A stretch of 64,000 bases of DNA, from positions 12,710 to 76,709 of the IMG/VR virus record IMGVR_UViG_3300035698_014365; one strand, written 5' to 3'. Origin of the DNA: a virus. The translations under genes were made by a program, and so were the position numbers. Of this stretch, positions 10,741 to 20,719 are shown in pieces. Each line of letters opens with the position of its first letter. Positions within the stretch are counted from its first letter, which is position 1. The notes beneath the pieces were generated by a model, which was given only the letters and a program-made list of their open reading frames with translations, was not told the origin of the DNA and did no database searches.

Positions 10741-10905
10741 CTATTGCTTTACTTTGTCCTCAAGCTCTTTGACGCGATGTCTCAGAGCCGTGACTTGTGC
10801 GTTCAGTTGGTTTGCCAGGTCAATCACCTTGCGCTGCGACTCCGGATCGGCAGGGTCAATGTCCCGGACAATATTCTGATACTGTTCATCTACCAAATTG
10901 GGCAT
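10741..10905 (-). CDS. Small coiled-coil protein, 54 aa (MPNLVDEQYQNIVRD...KELEDKVKQ)
   Basis: Read by hand (below the ORF-track cutoff); fills the gap between neighbours; heptad-like C-terminus. Confidence 0.55.
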   Translation of the reverse strand: MPNLVDEQYQNIVRDIDPADPESQRKVIDLANQLNAQVTALRHRVKELEDKVKQ

Positions 10906-13205
10906 GTCGTGTCTCCCTGGTGCTCAGTCATGTCTCGGTGCATGTACAGCACCGACTCGAGGTCCGGAGCATTCGACACTATCCGCAAGTCGCTGAATTG
11001 GCAGCCACCAGACAGCAGCGTAACCGCCCCACCATAGCTCTCCGTCGAATCGGGCAGGTTGGCAGTGTTGGTAAGGGCCCCGTTCTCATATACAATCAAC
11101 GATGAGCCGTCACGAACCACCACCAGGTGCGTCCAGGCAGCATATGTTTCATTAAGATACACTCTTATGTCGTTGTTATCATCCTCAAATCGCAATGCGT
11201 ACCCTTCGTCTTGAAAACGGACACGCAATCGCAGTTCTCCGTCGTCGAATATCACCACTTCATCGGACAGGCTGCGAAGCCACACGCCAACAGCGAAGTC
11301 GCCGGAGCCAGTTGCTGCCATTGTGGCAGTCAGGCTGTCTGTGATGCCCATCACAACGGCGCTCCCCGACTTCCCGTCAGGGCCAATCGTAGTATTCGAG
11401 AACGATCCACCGGCAGCAACACCGGTTGCGCGGTCCATTGTCGGCGACAACTGGTCTCTGCCAATCCACAACAGAGGCGTTGACCATGCCAGCGCCCACG
11501 ACATCTCACTCATCAGCTTCTTGGGTGGCGCACTGCCCTTGCTGAACAGCTTTGCCCACATCTGCGTCATAACCAGGCGCCATGGAGCCACAACCACGCG
11601 AGTCACGAGCTGGATGAACTTCGACTCAAAGTGTCTGTCAGCCACAATCTGGCCATCAATAGGCACTTCCCGGGTCACCACAAAGTCTGTCGGCAGAGAG
11701 TCTTGGCGCAGCGCAGCGTCCATCGACATGCCCGGGCGGTATCCATCGGCATCAAACTCGCCCACAGAGCGCACGTTTTTGTACCACGGCTTCACATTGA
11801 TATGCGTCTCACTGTGCCGGTAGATGTCGGAGCCCAGCTTCGCGTACAGCTCGGGGTATATCACCTCGCTCTCAATCTCAGAGCCAGCGTACTCATCTTC
11901 CCCGTCTTTCCACTGGTCGTCACGCCCCATCTCGTGGATCTTGAACGTCGTGGCGTCCATCACCAGCGGCACACTCTCATCCACAGGACTCTGCAGCTCA
12001 ATGGTGCCCGTCTTACCAATGGGGTACGGGAATGCCTCCCCGTTGTAGAACGACCACCCAACGCCCTGAGAGGGCTGCTGAGGGATGGCGTGGCGTGCAC
12101 AGAAGTCGGTCTTACTCACGACATACCCTGAGCCGTAGTCCCAGTTGTGGATGTAGATGGTGAGGGTCGTCGTCGAGGTGTTGCCCAAGGCGTCGGTGAT
12201 TACGTACGTTACTTCGTATTCGCCAGGCGACTCGTAGGTGTGGGCCGGGTCTTTCTCGTCGCTCGTTGTGCCATCCCCAAAGTCCCAGAAGTGCCCCGTG
12301 ACAGCCGCATCCTCGGTTCCGGTGAACTGCTTGTTGTCAGGAGCGGCGCCGGTCTCTGAGTCCACCGATGCAGACGCTGCGGGGATGCCAAAGTAGAACG
12401 CCCCAACACCCTGCCTGTCCTCGTCGGCATACCCGTGGTCGTATCCGGTGAACGCATTGTCCTGCTCCGGCAGCCCAAACAGCGAGTAGCGCATGTTCTG
12501 CGTGGTGAACGTAGTGATGTCGCTCGGGATGTCGCGAGACAGCGTAACGCTGAACGTACACCCAATATACGTGATGTTGGTGCCGTTGCCGACCTGTGAC
12601 TGCGTCTTGCCCACGAAGGTGCAGTTGGTGCAAATCACCGTGTAGTTGCTGGCCACATCGAATTCGCAGTCAAGGAACAGGCAGTCGGTGAACCGGTATA
12701 CGTTGCCTATCTGGCCGTTGTACCCCACGGCGAACAGCGGCGAGTGGATTGTGCACCCCTCAAACCTGAATACACAGCTACTGTGGTCCACGTCGACCTG
12801 CAGAGAGGTCGCGTGGCGCATGTAGCACGACTTCCAGGCGTACTCATTGCTATCAGAAATTACCCGCATTGTAAGCGTGAGGTTGCCCAGAACCCCTCGC
12901 GCCGTGGTAAGGCCATCGGCGTTTTTATCCGAGCCGTAGTAGTCAAACTCGTCAGTGATTATCCACGCATCAAACCCACCCTCTGACCGATTCCACCCGT
13001 CAAGTGTTTGGTTGGGATTACCCATGAAAACGTCTACATCAAGGTAATCATATGTCCCATTCATGCGGAAAATGGAGCCTGCGGCATCCCCACCATTCTC
13101 TATGAACGTAAGCCACCGAGGATACCCCCACGGATCGGCGGAAGTACCAGGATTCATCCCCGTTCCAAGGGTGCTAAAGTCTGTGTAGAACGTCGCCATG
13201 GGCAA
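10890..13205 (-). CDS. Tail protein: beta-helix-like N-terminus, PKD domain, nozzle-like segment, LamG/concanavalin-like domain
   Basis: GTSADPW start motif; WDFGDGTTS...PAHTYESPGEYEV PKD signature; WTHLVVVRDGSSLIVYENG...FSDLRI LamG signature. Confidence 0.75.
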   Translation of the reverse strand: MPMATFYTDFSTLGTGMNPGTSADPWGYPRWLTFIENGGDAAGSIFRMNGTYDYLDVDVFMGNPNQTLDGWNRSEGGFDAWIITDEFDYYGSDKNADGLTTARGVLGNLTLTMRVISDSNEYAWKSCYMRHATSLQVDVDHSSCVFRFEGCTIHSPLFAVGYNGQIGNVYRFTDCLFLDCEFDVASNYTVICTNCTFVGKTQSQVGNGTNITYIGCTFSVTLSRDIPSDITTFTTQNMRYSLFGLPEQDNAFTGYDHGYADEDRQGVGAFYFGIPAASASVDSETGAAPDNKQFTGTEDAAVTGHFWDFGDGTTSDEKDPAHTYESPGEYEVTYVITDALGNTSTTTLTIYIHNWDYGSGYVVSKTDFCARHAIPQQPSQGVGWSFYNGEAFPYPIGKTGTIELQSPVDESVPLVMDATTFKIHEMGRDDQWKDGEDEYAGSEIESEVIYPELYAKLGSDIYRHSETHINVKPWYKNVRSVGEFDADGYRPGMSMDAALRQDSLPTDFVVTREVPIDGQIVADRHFESKFIQLVTRVVVAPWRLVMTQMWAKLFSKGSAPPKKLMSEMSWALAWSTPLLWIGRDQLSPTMDRATGVAAGGSFSNTTIGPDGKSGSAVVMGITDSLTATMAATGSGDFAVGVWLRSLSDEVVIFDDGELRLRVRFQDEGYALRFEDDNNDIRVYLNETYAAWTHLVVVRDGSSLIVYENGALTNTANLPDSTESYGGAVTLLSGGCQFSDLRIVSNAPDLESVLYMHRDMTEHQGDTTCPIW

Positions 13206-13668
13206 AGTGCTCGCTCTCTATTACGCCAACTTTTCCGAGAAGTCTCTGGTTCAAAACCTGGTGTGCATCCGCGTAAGCCATTATCATCCTGCCTGCCCTC
13301 AAGCAACGCAGCATCAGCGTGGCAAACAAGTCCTTCAACGCCTTGCAGTCTCCCGTGTAGAACAGAAAGTGGTCTATCTGATGCTTCCCGTATCTGGCGA
13401 AGTGTGCCTTACCGTTGAGAGGGGGGAGCGAACGCACCGCGCAGTCGAAGTCCCGGTACAACCACCCGGGGCGCCGCATTCCCTCGTAAATTCTCACGAT
13501 ATCTGACAACACTCGCAACCCCTTTTCGCCTTCCGGCAGCTCCGCACCAGCCATCGCTGGCTGAATAGCACTCGGCACCTCTGTCACCACCTCGTCAAAG
13601 GCGCCTCCCGGCACGGGCTCGTCGCCCAGCCAGACCCCGTAAGTCCTTATACCTTCTGCTTTTCCCAT
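13174..13668 (-). CDS. Hypothetical protein between the two tail genes
   Basis: 164 aa from MGKAEG; overlaps both neighbours by 20-30 nt. Confidence 0.5.
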   Translation of the reverse strand: MGKAEGIRTYGVWLGDEPVPGGAFDEVVTEVPSAIQPAMAGAELPEGEKGLRVLSDIVRIYEGMRRPGWLYRDFDCAVRSLPPLNGKAHFARYGKHQIDHFLFYTGDCKALKDLFATLMLRCLRAGRMIMAYADAHQVLNQRLLGKVGVIESEHFAHGDVLHRL

Positions 13669-16229
13669 AGCACGTATCCAAGGTTTCCGCGGGTACTGTA
13701 CACGCCAGCGCTCTGCGGCCACGTTTCTCCAAGGTCTTTGCGGACACGATCCTGCTGTGTCTGCGGGTCCATTGTCAGGTCACCAAGGTTCATGTCGTAC
13801 ACGGTCCCGTTGAACTGGCGCACAGAGCCATCCTGGCAGCGCATCTCAAACACGCCATCTCCGAGGTCGGCAATGCTCCCAACGTCCACAACACCAATGC
13901 TCTCACTCAGAACGTCAGCATAGATAACGGCGTACTGAATATTGGTGTTCGGGATGCTCTTGATATTCGAGTCAGACACGTTCGTCGGCCCACCCCATGT
14001 CGAGTCACGACACCACACAATGAACTTGTTGGGGGCCTTCCTGATGCCCTGAATTGCACCCTCTATGCGGTCATTTACCTGCCTGTTGGGGAAGTAATAG
14101 CCACACATGTACTTCGTGGACACGCCCAGCTCAGAGTAATGGAGCAGACTGCCGTTTTGGTTGCCGCCGATGGCAAAGCCAGGGACGACAATTCCGAGCG
14201 CGAGGTTGGGCAGCCTGCTCTTGTACCGGTGGACAAAGAACCCAACGTGGCGCTCGCCCGCACGATTGCGCAGCGTTCCGTCGGGAATGGTGTCGTTGAT
14301 TACTCTGCCAGTGGGAACGCACGTAAACCCTTGAATTGTGCGCGTCCCGGATGTGGTCACCCGAACCTCCGTGTCGCTGATAACCTCTTCGATCACCAGT
14401 TCATGCCCATCTGATGTCCACAGCGTCTCTCCCGGAGTCAGCCCAGAGAAGTCGTCGCCGGATATCCATGTGACAATGTAGCCCTCCTGTGACGCCCTGG
14501 TGACACGGCCGCCCCCGATCGCCGCGGCCTGTATGTCCTTAGCTTCGCCATAGTAGTAGTCGCCACCACGCACAAGCATATGAGTGCTATCGATATAGGT
14601 GCCAAGCGTATCGGTCTCGCCATCTTCCCAGTCGAATGGTGTGCCCTCGTCCTTGTGCTCAAACTCCCCAATGATGGCGGTGATGACCCCGCTGGTATCC
14701 TTGGAGGCCCAGAAGGCCCCGGCGCAGCGCGCATCCATGACCCAAATAACCTCAACCGGAGGCAGAATCTCTCCGCTGATGTCGTCAACGCGCGACTCGC
14801 GCCCTTCGGGCCCAATGTCTTCACTTCGAATCACCACATAATGCGTCCAGTGGCGCTCCCTTACCGTCTTTTCAATCCCAGACGAGAACTCCTGGAGCGG
14901 TGGGCGCAGTATTCCGACCTCTATATCCTGCTGATACGCATAGGCATTGTCCACTTCGGCGTCGTCAGCAAGCGTTATGTTGAGCCAGCCAGACACATCT
15001 GTCCCACCGGTGCCGGCGCTGCCGTAACCAATGGTGCTCCCAGCGATATTCCCCGCGGTGAATATGAAGCGCTCGTTTGCAGAGTCGTATTCACTCGTGG
15101 CGTAGCGAAAGACCTTCCTGATTTCTGTCTGGTTGGCCAGCGCAACGTCGCCAAGGCTCTGCACGTTGTACCCGTCTGTGCCGTATTCCACGCAGAACTG
15201 TGCCTCAACACCGTTTATCAGCAGCGTGAATGACCCACCAGGAGACGCGAGGGCCGACCACTGAGTTGGGTCTTTATACGTGTCGTTCAGGGCCTTACAC
15301 ACAAGGCGCCCTGTCGTAAGGCTGCCATCACCAACCGGCCGCGCAGTCCACATGTCCCCATAGTCTCGGACGACAACACCCTCTTCAACAAGTTTATTGC
15401 TCCCCGACTGCTGCAAAATGTCGGCGCCAGGGGTGGTCCGATCGCGAAGGCCCTGCCCATCCAGCTTCGCCATAGCATACAAGTACGAGTACCTGTGCGG
15501 GAGGCTAGGCGTTCTACTGTTTGGAATAACAAGGGCTTGCGGGACAGGCGTGTTGCGTTTCCAGTACTCTGTCTTGTCGAAATCAACGGCAAACATGCCG
15601 CCCGGGTTGAATATCAGGCCCTGCCTGTCAACCTGGTCCCACGTACTATCTGAATTTTGAAGGGATTCTGATGAGCGGCAGAGGAGCAGCGTTCGGTTGG
15701 TGAATTGCACCACGCCGTCGCCGGACAGCTCTACATCTGCCTGATAGAGTGAGCTGCCCCACTGGAAAACGACCTTGCGAGCCACATTGTGGTACTCCCA
15801 AAGGTTGATTCTGGCATGCATCCAGCACCCGGAAGTCCACGCAATGTCTCCAGATGTACCAGTGCGCACCTCGGTAGGACTCACGTACTGCTGAATTTCG
15901 TCGTGCTGATCCCCGAGTTCGCCAGGCCACACCCACCAGTGGCTGATGTCGGCAACGCTGAATATGGCGGTGTCAGAAATTATCCGATTCCCCACCTTGT
16001 AAGCGCGGTAACCACTGCGCCCTGACAATGTAGGGGGTATGGGACACTCGACTATTCTGGTGCCATTCCGTGGGCGAATTTCCGTAGGGTATGCAAGAGC
16101 ATTGGTGAGGCTGGCAAGCGCGCCTTCAGGCAAGTCCTCGTGAGGGGCGTTGTGTATCATGCCCCGAGGAGCACCCTCGTAGGTAACTGGCTTATTGTTC
16201 CGGGGGTTGACTTCCCGCGCAGTACTCAT
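13647..16229 (-). CDS. Tail nozzle / DNA-stabilisation protein (tail tubular B or P22 gp10-like)
   Basis: 860 aa, beta-rich; N-terminal RGM...P..L......N.......IRPRNG pattern; follows the adaptor gene. Confidence 0.65.
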   Translation of the reverse strand: MSTAREVNPRNNKPVTYEGAPRGMIHNAPHEDLPEGALASLTNALAYPTEIRPRNGTRIVECPIPPTLSGRSGYRAYKVGNRIISDTAIFSVADISHWWVWPGELGDQHDEIQQYVSPTEVRTGTSGDIAWTSGCWMHARINLWEYHNVARKVVFQWGSSLYQADVELSGDGVVQFTNRTLLLCRSSESLQNSDSTWDQVDRQGLIFNPGGMFAVDFDKTEYWKRNTPVPQALVIPNSRTPSLPHRYSYLYAMAKLDGQGLRDRTTPGADILQQSGSNKLVEEGVVVRDYGDMWTARPVGDGSLTTGRLVCKALNDTYKDPTQWSALASPGGSFTLLINGVEAQFCVEYGTDGYNVQSLGDVALANQTEIRKVFRYATSEYDSANERFIFTAGNIAGSTIGYGSAGTGGTDVSGWLNITLADDAEVDNAYAYQQDIEVGILRPPLQEFSSGIEKTVRERHWTHYVVIRSEDIGPEGRESRVDDISGEILPPVEVIWVMDARCAGAFWASKDTSGVITAIIGEFEHKDEGTPFDWEDGETDTLGTYIDSTHMLVRGGDYYYGEAKDIQAAAIGGGRVTRASQEGYIVTWISGDDFSGLTPGETLWTSDGHELVIEEVISDTEVRVTTSGTRTIQGFTCVPTGRVINDTIPDGTLRNRAGERHVGFFVHRYKSRLPNLALGIVVPGFAIGGNQNGSLLHYSELGVSTKYMCGYYFPNRQVNDRIEGAIQGIRKAPNKFIVWCRDSTWGGPTNVSDSNIKSIPNTNIQYAVIYADVLSESIGVVDVGSIADLGDGVFEMRCQDGSVRQFNGTVYDMNLGDLTMDPQTQQDRVRKDLGETWPQSAGVYSTRGNLGYVLWEKQKV

Positions 16230-16231
16230 GC

Positions 16232-16909
16232 CTAGAATGCCCGTTTTCTATTAAATCTCGGAACACCTTGTTCGCCTTCGCCAAGTCTCCGCATGACAAG
16301 CGGCTTGAGCGTGGTTTCAATATATGCCCTTGCGGCTTCCATTTGCTGGTGGTCGTCAACTGCATCTATCAGCTTTGCCGTCGCCTGCAACAGGTAGTCG
16401 TCGGCTCCGATAGGCATTTGATGCTGAATTGCGTCACTGGTAATCTGGCGTGGTCTCGCATAGGCCATGCGCCGGAACGTAGAGATTGTGTCGCCCGGGT
16501 CGAGGCCACCAAAGAACTGCAGCCACGCATCTTCGCTGGAGGTTGCCTGCTGAGAGCGCACGTTGAGAATGCGTCGGTATTCCTTGCCACCGAACCACTT
16601 GAGCTCAGCAGACCAATCGACGTTCTCGCTCCAGGACAGGTCATATCCGAGCGATACGTGCGAATCGACAAGCACGGAATCGACAAGCCACACCGCGGAC
16701 GGGGCCGCATAACGGTATGTGCCTGCCACAGTTGTGAAGAATGGCAAGTCGCCCGTTGTCTCGTCGATGATAATGTTGTCTTCAGAACGGCGCGCAATGA
16801 GAATCGTGTGCGCCTCATTAAACAGGGCCCGAGAGCCACGGGCGCCCTCGCGCTGCCACCCGTGACACTCAAGCTCAATCCAAGTCAGCAACTGACTGGT
16901 TGTGGCCAA
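16232..16909 (-). CDS. Head-tail adaptor (tail tubular A-like)
   Basis: 225 aa, with a TTVAGTYRY motif and helical ends; lies between capsid and nozzle genes. Confidence 0.6.
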   Translation of the reverse strand: MATTSQLLTWIELECHGWQREGARGSRALFNEAHTILIARRSEDNIIIDETTGDLPFFTTVAGTYRYAAPSAVWLVDSVLVDSHVSLGYDLSWSENVDWSAELKWFGGKEYRRILNVRSQQATSSEDAWLQFFGGLDPGDTISTFRRMAYARPRQITSDAIQHQMPIGADDYLLQATAKLIDAVDDHQQMEAARAYIETTLKPLVMRRLGEGEQGVPRFNRKRAF

Positions 16910-16910
16910 T

Positions 16911-17543
16911 TTACACCTCGTCGTTCAGGCGATCCGAATCCTCTTTGCGCTTTGCCTTCGGCGGTCTGCCTCTGGGGCGCTTGGGTGGCTCCTGCTCTGG
17001 CGCAGGGGTCGGCGGTTCGTCTGCTTCAGGTGTTTCCACAACGGGTTCTTCAGGCGAGACTTCAGTAGGTTCTCCCTCGACTGCTTCCTCAGTGGCAATT
17101 TCCCGGTCAAGACGCTCCTTGTCACGCTTCAACTGATCCAACTTGGAGACCTCGACCTTGAACTCCTTCTTGCTGAGTGCTGCAATCTCGCGTTTTACTG
17201 CCGGCTCATCTATCTCCAGTTCCCCACTCGGAGGCAGATGGCGTGACAGCCAGAACCTATTGTATTCGCAATCGAGCACATCTGCTACCAGGGCGCCCAC
17301 GGAGTCTTCCTGAAACTCGAGGACAGCAGATTCCTCTGCGGTCTTCCACTCCTGCTTGCCGCTGATGTCGGTGTACGGATACGCTCGCACCCCGTATGTC
17401 CCATGAATCCTTGGCATCTGCCCGCCACCGAGATACCTCACCCGGATGAACGTGCGGCCAAGTTTCTTGAGTTGCTCAATGCGCTGAATCTCTTTCTTTT
17501 CTTCCTGACTTTTGAAAAAATCACCCATTATCGGTGCACCCAT
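16911..17543 (-). CDS. Hypothetical protein with an acidic linker and a C-terminal AT-hook-like motif
   Basis: PKRPRGRPPK at the C-terminus; immediately downstream of the capsid gene. Confidence 0.6.
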   Translation of the reverse strand: MGAPIMGDFFKSQEEKKEIQRIEQLKKLGRTFIRVRYLGGGQMPRIHGTYGVRAYPYTDISGKQEWKTAEESAVLEFQEDSVGALVADVLDCEYNRFWLSRHLPPSGELEIDEPAVKREIAALSKKEFKVEVSKLDQLKRDKERLDREIATEEAVEGEPTEVSPEEPVVETPEADEPPTPAPEQEPPKRPRGRPPKAKRKEDSDRLNDEV

Positions 17544-17570
17544 GACACTACTCCTTGAGAGTTGTTTTCA

Positions 17571-17597
17571 GAGAGGGAGCCCGAAGGCCCCCTCCCC
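17571..17597 (-). terminator. GC-rich hairpin with a C(UUCG)G loop after the capsid gene (terminator or mRNA stabiliser)
   Basis: Minus strand GGGAGGGGGCC-TTCG-GGCTCCCTCTC; U-tract is weak. Confidence 0.6.
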
Positions 17598-17617
17598 ATT
17601 CAGTCAACCCACCAAAC

Positions 17618-18910
17618 CTACGCAGTGCGCGAGGTCTGACGGTAACGGCCGCCAATGACAAGCGCCGACCCGAAGTACTCACGCCCGACGCCCGTTGCAT
17701 CCACAGGGGATGTATCGAACTGGAGCTGCTGAATACCACGCACACCAGCATAGCCGTAGCCATTGCGGATGTTGTAGTCGTAGTTGTCGTTGACGTAATG
17801 CATCGGTTCCGGCTCCCATTTCACGAGCGCACCAGCACCATGAAGAACCATGGCATCGCGCACGAGCGGGTTGTCCAGCCGGCGGTCGTCGTTGTCTGTC
17901 GGCCACATGTAGTGAGCCGTCAGCCCGAACGGTTCGGCGCTACCGGACGGGAGCAGTGTAGCAAGGCGCTCGTCCAGAACGACGTAGATATCAGCACCAG
18001 CAGCCGACATCCACTTGCCCAGGGTTCCATACCAGTTCTGCGCCGGCTCGTCCTTGAGACGATTCATTGCAGTCCAGCGGTCACCAAGGGTGTCCGTGAA
18101 GTTCGGGTTGGAGAAGTACGCGGCCTGCACCTGTGAAACGGTGAGAACGTACCACGGACGTTTCCCAGGAAGCGGGATAATCCGACGGCGAAGCGCAAAG
18201 ATGGCCATCTCATCCATGGCCCAGCCACTCAACATCTGAGGCTGCGTCTGGGTGAAGGCGCCTGCTCCGCCACTCACGGTGTCCATCGCACTCACGATGC
18301 GATTGGTGTACGTCGCGTACGTCGGGTGGAACGCCGGCTGAGTGTCGGCATTGAGGCCCACCACGAAGGCGTGACGGTTCCACTGGGCGGGAGCCAGGTT
18401 GGCGGTTGAGCCAGCCATAAGGTTCCAGCCGTTCGTCTCGATCAGCGCCATGCGGATTTCCAGACCTTCCTCAGCCGCAGCATGAGGGGAGAGGTCGTCC
18501 ACGTGAGCCTGATAGAGCCGGTAGGGTTCGGCGTCCAGCTTGTCCTCACCGTAGCCAGGCTCATCCTGAATAACGAAGCGGTATGGCGCGCGATACAGAG
18601 TACCCGTCTTCACCTGCGGCGGAACCTCAGTACCCAACGCAACCGTGCGACCACGCAGGATGTTGGCGTTGATGGGGAGCTTCATCGTGACACGAATGTT
18701 ATTCGCGCCAGCGCTGTCTTTCGGAGCAATCGGCTGGTAGATCCCCGCAGGGATTTCCAGACGCTGACCATCATAAAGAATGGTCTTGGCCCGCAGGTTC
18801 GTGTAGATATCCCGCGGGAGGGCACGTCTTCGCAGTTCCCTTGAGAAGTTGCGAATAACGCTCTGACCACCGGACATGGTGCCCAGATCGGTGTACTGGC
18901 TGAGAGCCAT
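17618..18910 (-). CDS. Major capsid protein (N4-gp56/DUF4043-like)
   Basis: 430 aa, after the scaffold; C-terminal DNYDYNIRNGYGYAGVRGIQQLQF...REYFGS pattern; strong codon bias; downstream hairpin. Confidence 0.8.
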   Translation of the reverse strand: MALSQYTDLGTMSGGQSVIRNFSRELRRRALPRDIYTNLRAKTILYDGQRLEIPAGIYQPIAPKDSAGANNIRVTMKLPINANILRGRTVALGTEVPPQVKTGTLYRAPYRFVIQDEPGYGEDKLDAEPYRLYQAHVDDLSPHAAAEEGLEIRMALIETNGWNLMAGSTANLAPAQWNRHAFVVGLNADTQPAFHPTYATYTNRIVSAMDTVSGGAGAFTQTQPQMLSGWAMDEMAIFALRRRIIPLPGKRPWYVLTVSQVQAAYFSNPNFTDTLGDRWTAMNRLKDEPAQNWYGTLGKWMSAAGADIYVVLDERLATLLPSGSAEPFGLTAHYMWPTDNDDRRLDNPLVRDAMVLHGAGALVKWEPEPMHYVNDNYDYNIRNGYGYAGVRGIQQLQFDTSPVDATGVGREYFGSALVIGGRYRQTSRTA

Positions 18911-18970
18911 AAGGCATCCTCCGACTAAAGATTTACGTTACTTGGTGCGCTCGGAGGTCGCGTTTCATCC

Positions 18971-20638
18971 CTATACAGCCGGGACACCCTGCTGCTGTGG
19001 AAGTGCAGGCCAGTGATCGGGGACCGGGAGCTTTATACCCATGCTCACGAAGTATGCCTTTGCATACCGGCTCCACAATTGGCGGTCACCTGCAGACCCC
19101 AGTTTCTCCATTTCTGCCAAATCAATCCGGTTGAGCTCTGCTTCCGCCTGCTCTGCCGTCATTTCACCACCGGCACTTTCCGGACCCGCTGCACCATCAG
19201 AGCCGATTGTCTTGGCACTGGTGGCTGCTCTCTGCACGGCTGACTCCAGTTTCTGCTCTCCCCGCAATTCCGCTTGGGCGAGGGCGTCTTCCTGACGCTT
19301 CTTTGTGATGCCTCCCTGCGAGAGCATGTATTGGTAAGCGGCTTCAATCGATGGAAAATTGACCGGCTTACCGAAAGGATTCCGCATCTGCTCAAGCTGC
19401 CCAGTGAATCTATTGAACTGCTTGCCCTGAACCATGTTGTACGCATTCACAATCGTAGCGTAGCCTTGCAGGTCGTCGGGTGTAATCCCTGCATCCGCAG
19501 GAGAGATACCGCTGTTCTGGCAAAAAGCCATGAGTTCGGTGTCTTCTCCATTGAACTGGTTCACTACAGCATTTACTTCGTCCCATCCGCGTGGACCGCT
19601 TCCCCTCTTCATCGTGAGGATCTTGTTTGCAAAAGTCCATGCGGCATTTTCAACCGCTCCGCCATTTCCATCCGGTGAAAACACCGGCTTTGACGTATCC
19701 AGCTCAGGGTGTTCGCCCTGAAGCGACCGAACTTCGGCGGTTACCGTTACCGCTGTGGTCTTTGAATCAGCTTCGTTCTTCCACTTCTCAAGAAGTTCCT
19801 TCTGAGCCTTTGAGTCACCAGAAACCGCATCGAGCTGCTGGCTGAAGTCCTGCTTTTGCTGCACAACCAGCGTTTGCAGTGACGCATTTTCCTGGTACAT
19901 CGACTTAACGCTCTCACCAAGCGTCTTGAGGATAGCCTTTGTCTTCTTCTGCTGATCGGTATCTACAAGCGGGTCTTCCTCTATGCCCTCAATTTCAGCA
20001 AGCATAGCATCGACCGCAACAACCTGCTCATTCGGCACACCCGGTGCAACTGGGGGCTGAATGGGCGCCTGCGCATACCCAGAGGGCTGCATCATCCCAA
20101 CCGGCAACGCTGTCGGCGGAACTGCTGCTGCGCCTCCCTTTTTCAGCGCTTCAAGCTCCTCTCGCAACTGGCGCTGGTCTTCTTGACCCTTTGCAAACTC
20201 CGTGGTCAACTCCGTAAGGCGCGTCTCGGCTACGTTCGCATACTTGCGTGCGTGTCCGAACTGTTTCAGCACCTCTCTCGGATCGGCATAGCCACGAAGC
20301 TCTTCGGGCAGATCCTCCTGGCGGACCTGAGTACCGTCGGGCAGTGTGAAGTAAACCTGGCCTTCGCCGACTGGCGCCTGCTGTGGTTCCGGGGCTGGCG
20401 GGGCAGGGGCTGGGGGCTCCTGTGTCGGCTCCTGGACAACGGGCGTCTCTTGCGGCGACGGTTCCGGAGGGGGCTCTTGGGGAGCGCCTTCTGGAACAAT
20501 CTCGGCCGACAGGATTTCGTCTCTTGCTTCTGTCTGTTCTACCTGCCACTGGTCTACGTCAGCACCAGACGGTGGTGTCTCAGGCAGAGCGTCGAGAGCG
20601 GCCTGTCGCTCCTCTTCACTCGTGAATGTCCTCGGCAT
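18971..20638 (-). CDS. Putative capsid scaffolding protein
   Basis: 555 aa from MPRTFTS (AAGGAG RBS); acidic, Pro-rich N-terminus and coiled coils; lies between portal and capsid. Confidence 0.65.
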   Translation of the reverse strand: MPRTFTSEEERQAALDALPETPPSGADVDQWQVEQTEARDEILSAEIVPEGAPQEPPPEPSPQETPVVQEPTQEPPAPAPPAPEPQQAPVGEGQVYFTLPDGTQVRQEDLPEELRGYADPREVLKQFGHARKYANVAETRLTELTTEFAKGQEDQRQLREELEALKKGGAAAVPPTALPVGMMQPSGYAQAPIQPPVAPGVPNEQVVAVDAMLAEIEGIEEDPLVDTDQQKKTKAILKTLGESVKSMYQENASLQTLVVQQKQDFSQQLDAVSGDSKAQKELLEKWKNEADSKTTAVTVTAEVRSLQGEHPELDTSKPVFSPDGNGGAVENAAWTFANKILTMKRGSGPRGWDEVNAVVNQFNGEDTELMAFCQNSGISPADAGITPDDLQGYATIVNAYNMVQGKQFNRFTGQLEQMRNPFGKPVNFPSIEAAYQYMLSQGGITKKRQEDALAQAELRGEQKLESAVQRAATSAKTIGSDGAAGPESAGGEMTAEQAEAELNRIDLAEMEKLGSAGDRQLWSRYAKAYFVSMGIKLPVPDHWPALPQQQGVPAV

Positions 20639-20719
20639 CTCTTCAACTCCTTTTGCCGTACGGGGGGATCGAATGTGGCTGTTGGCAGCCAATCCGCCGC
20701 TTGGGCGTTGGGGTCACGT

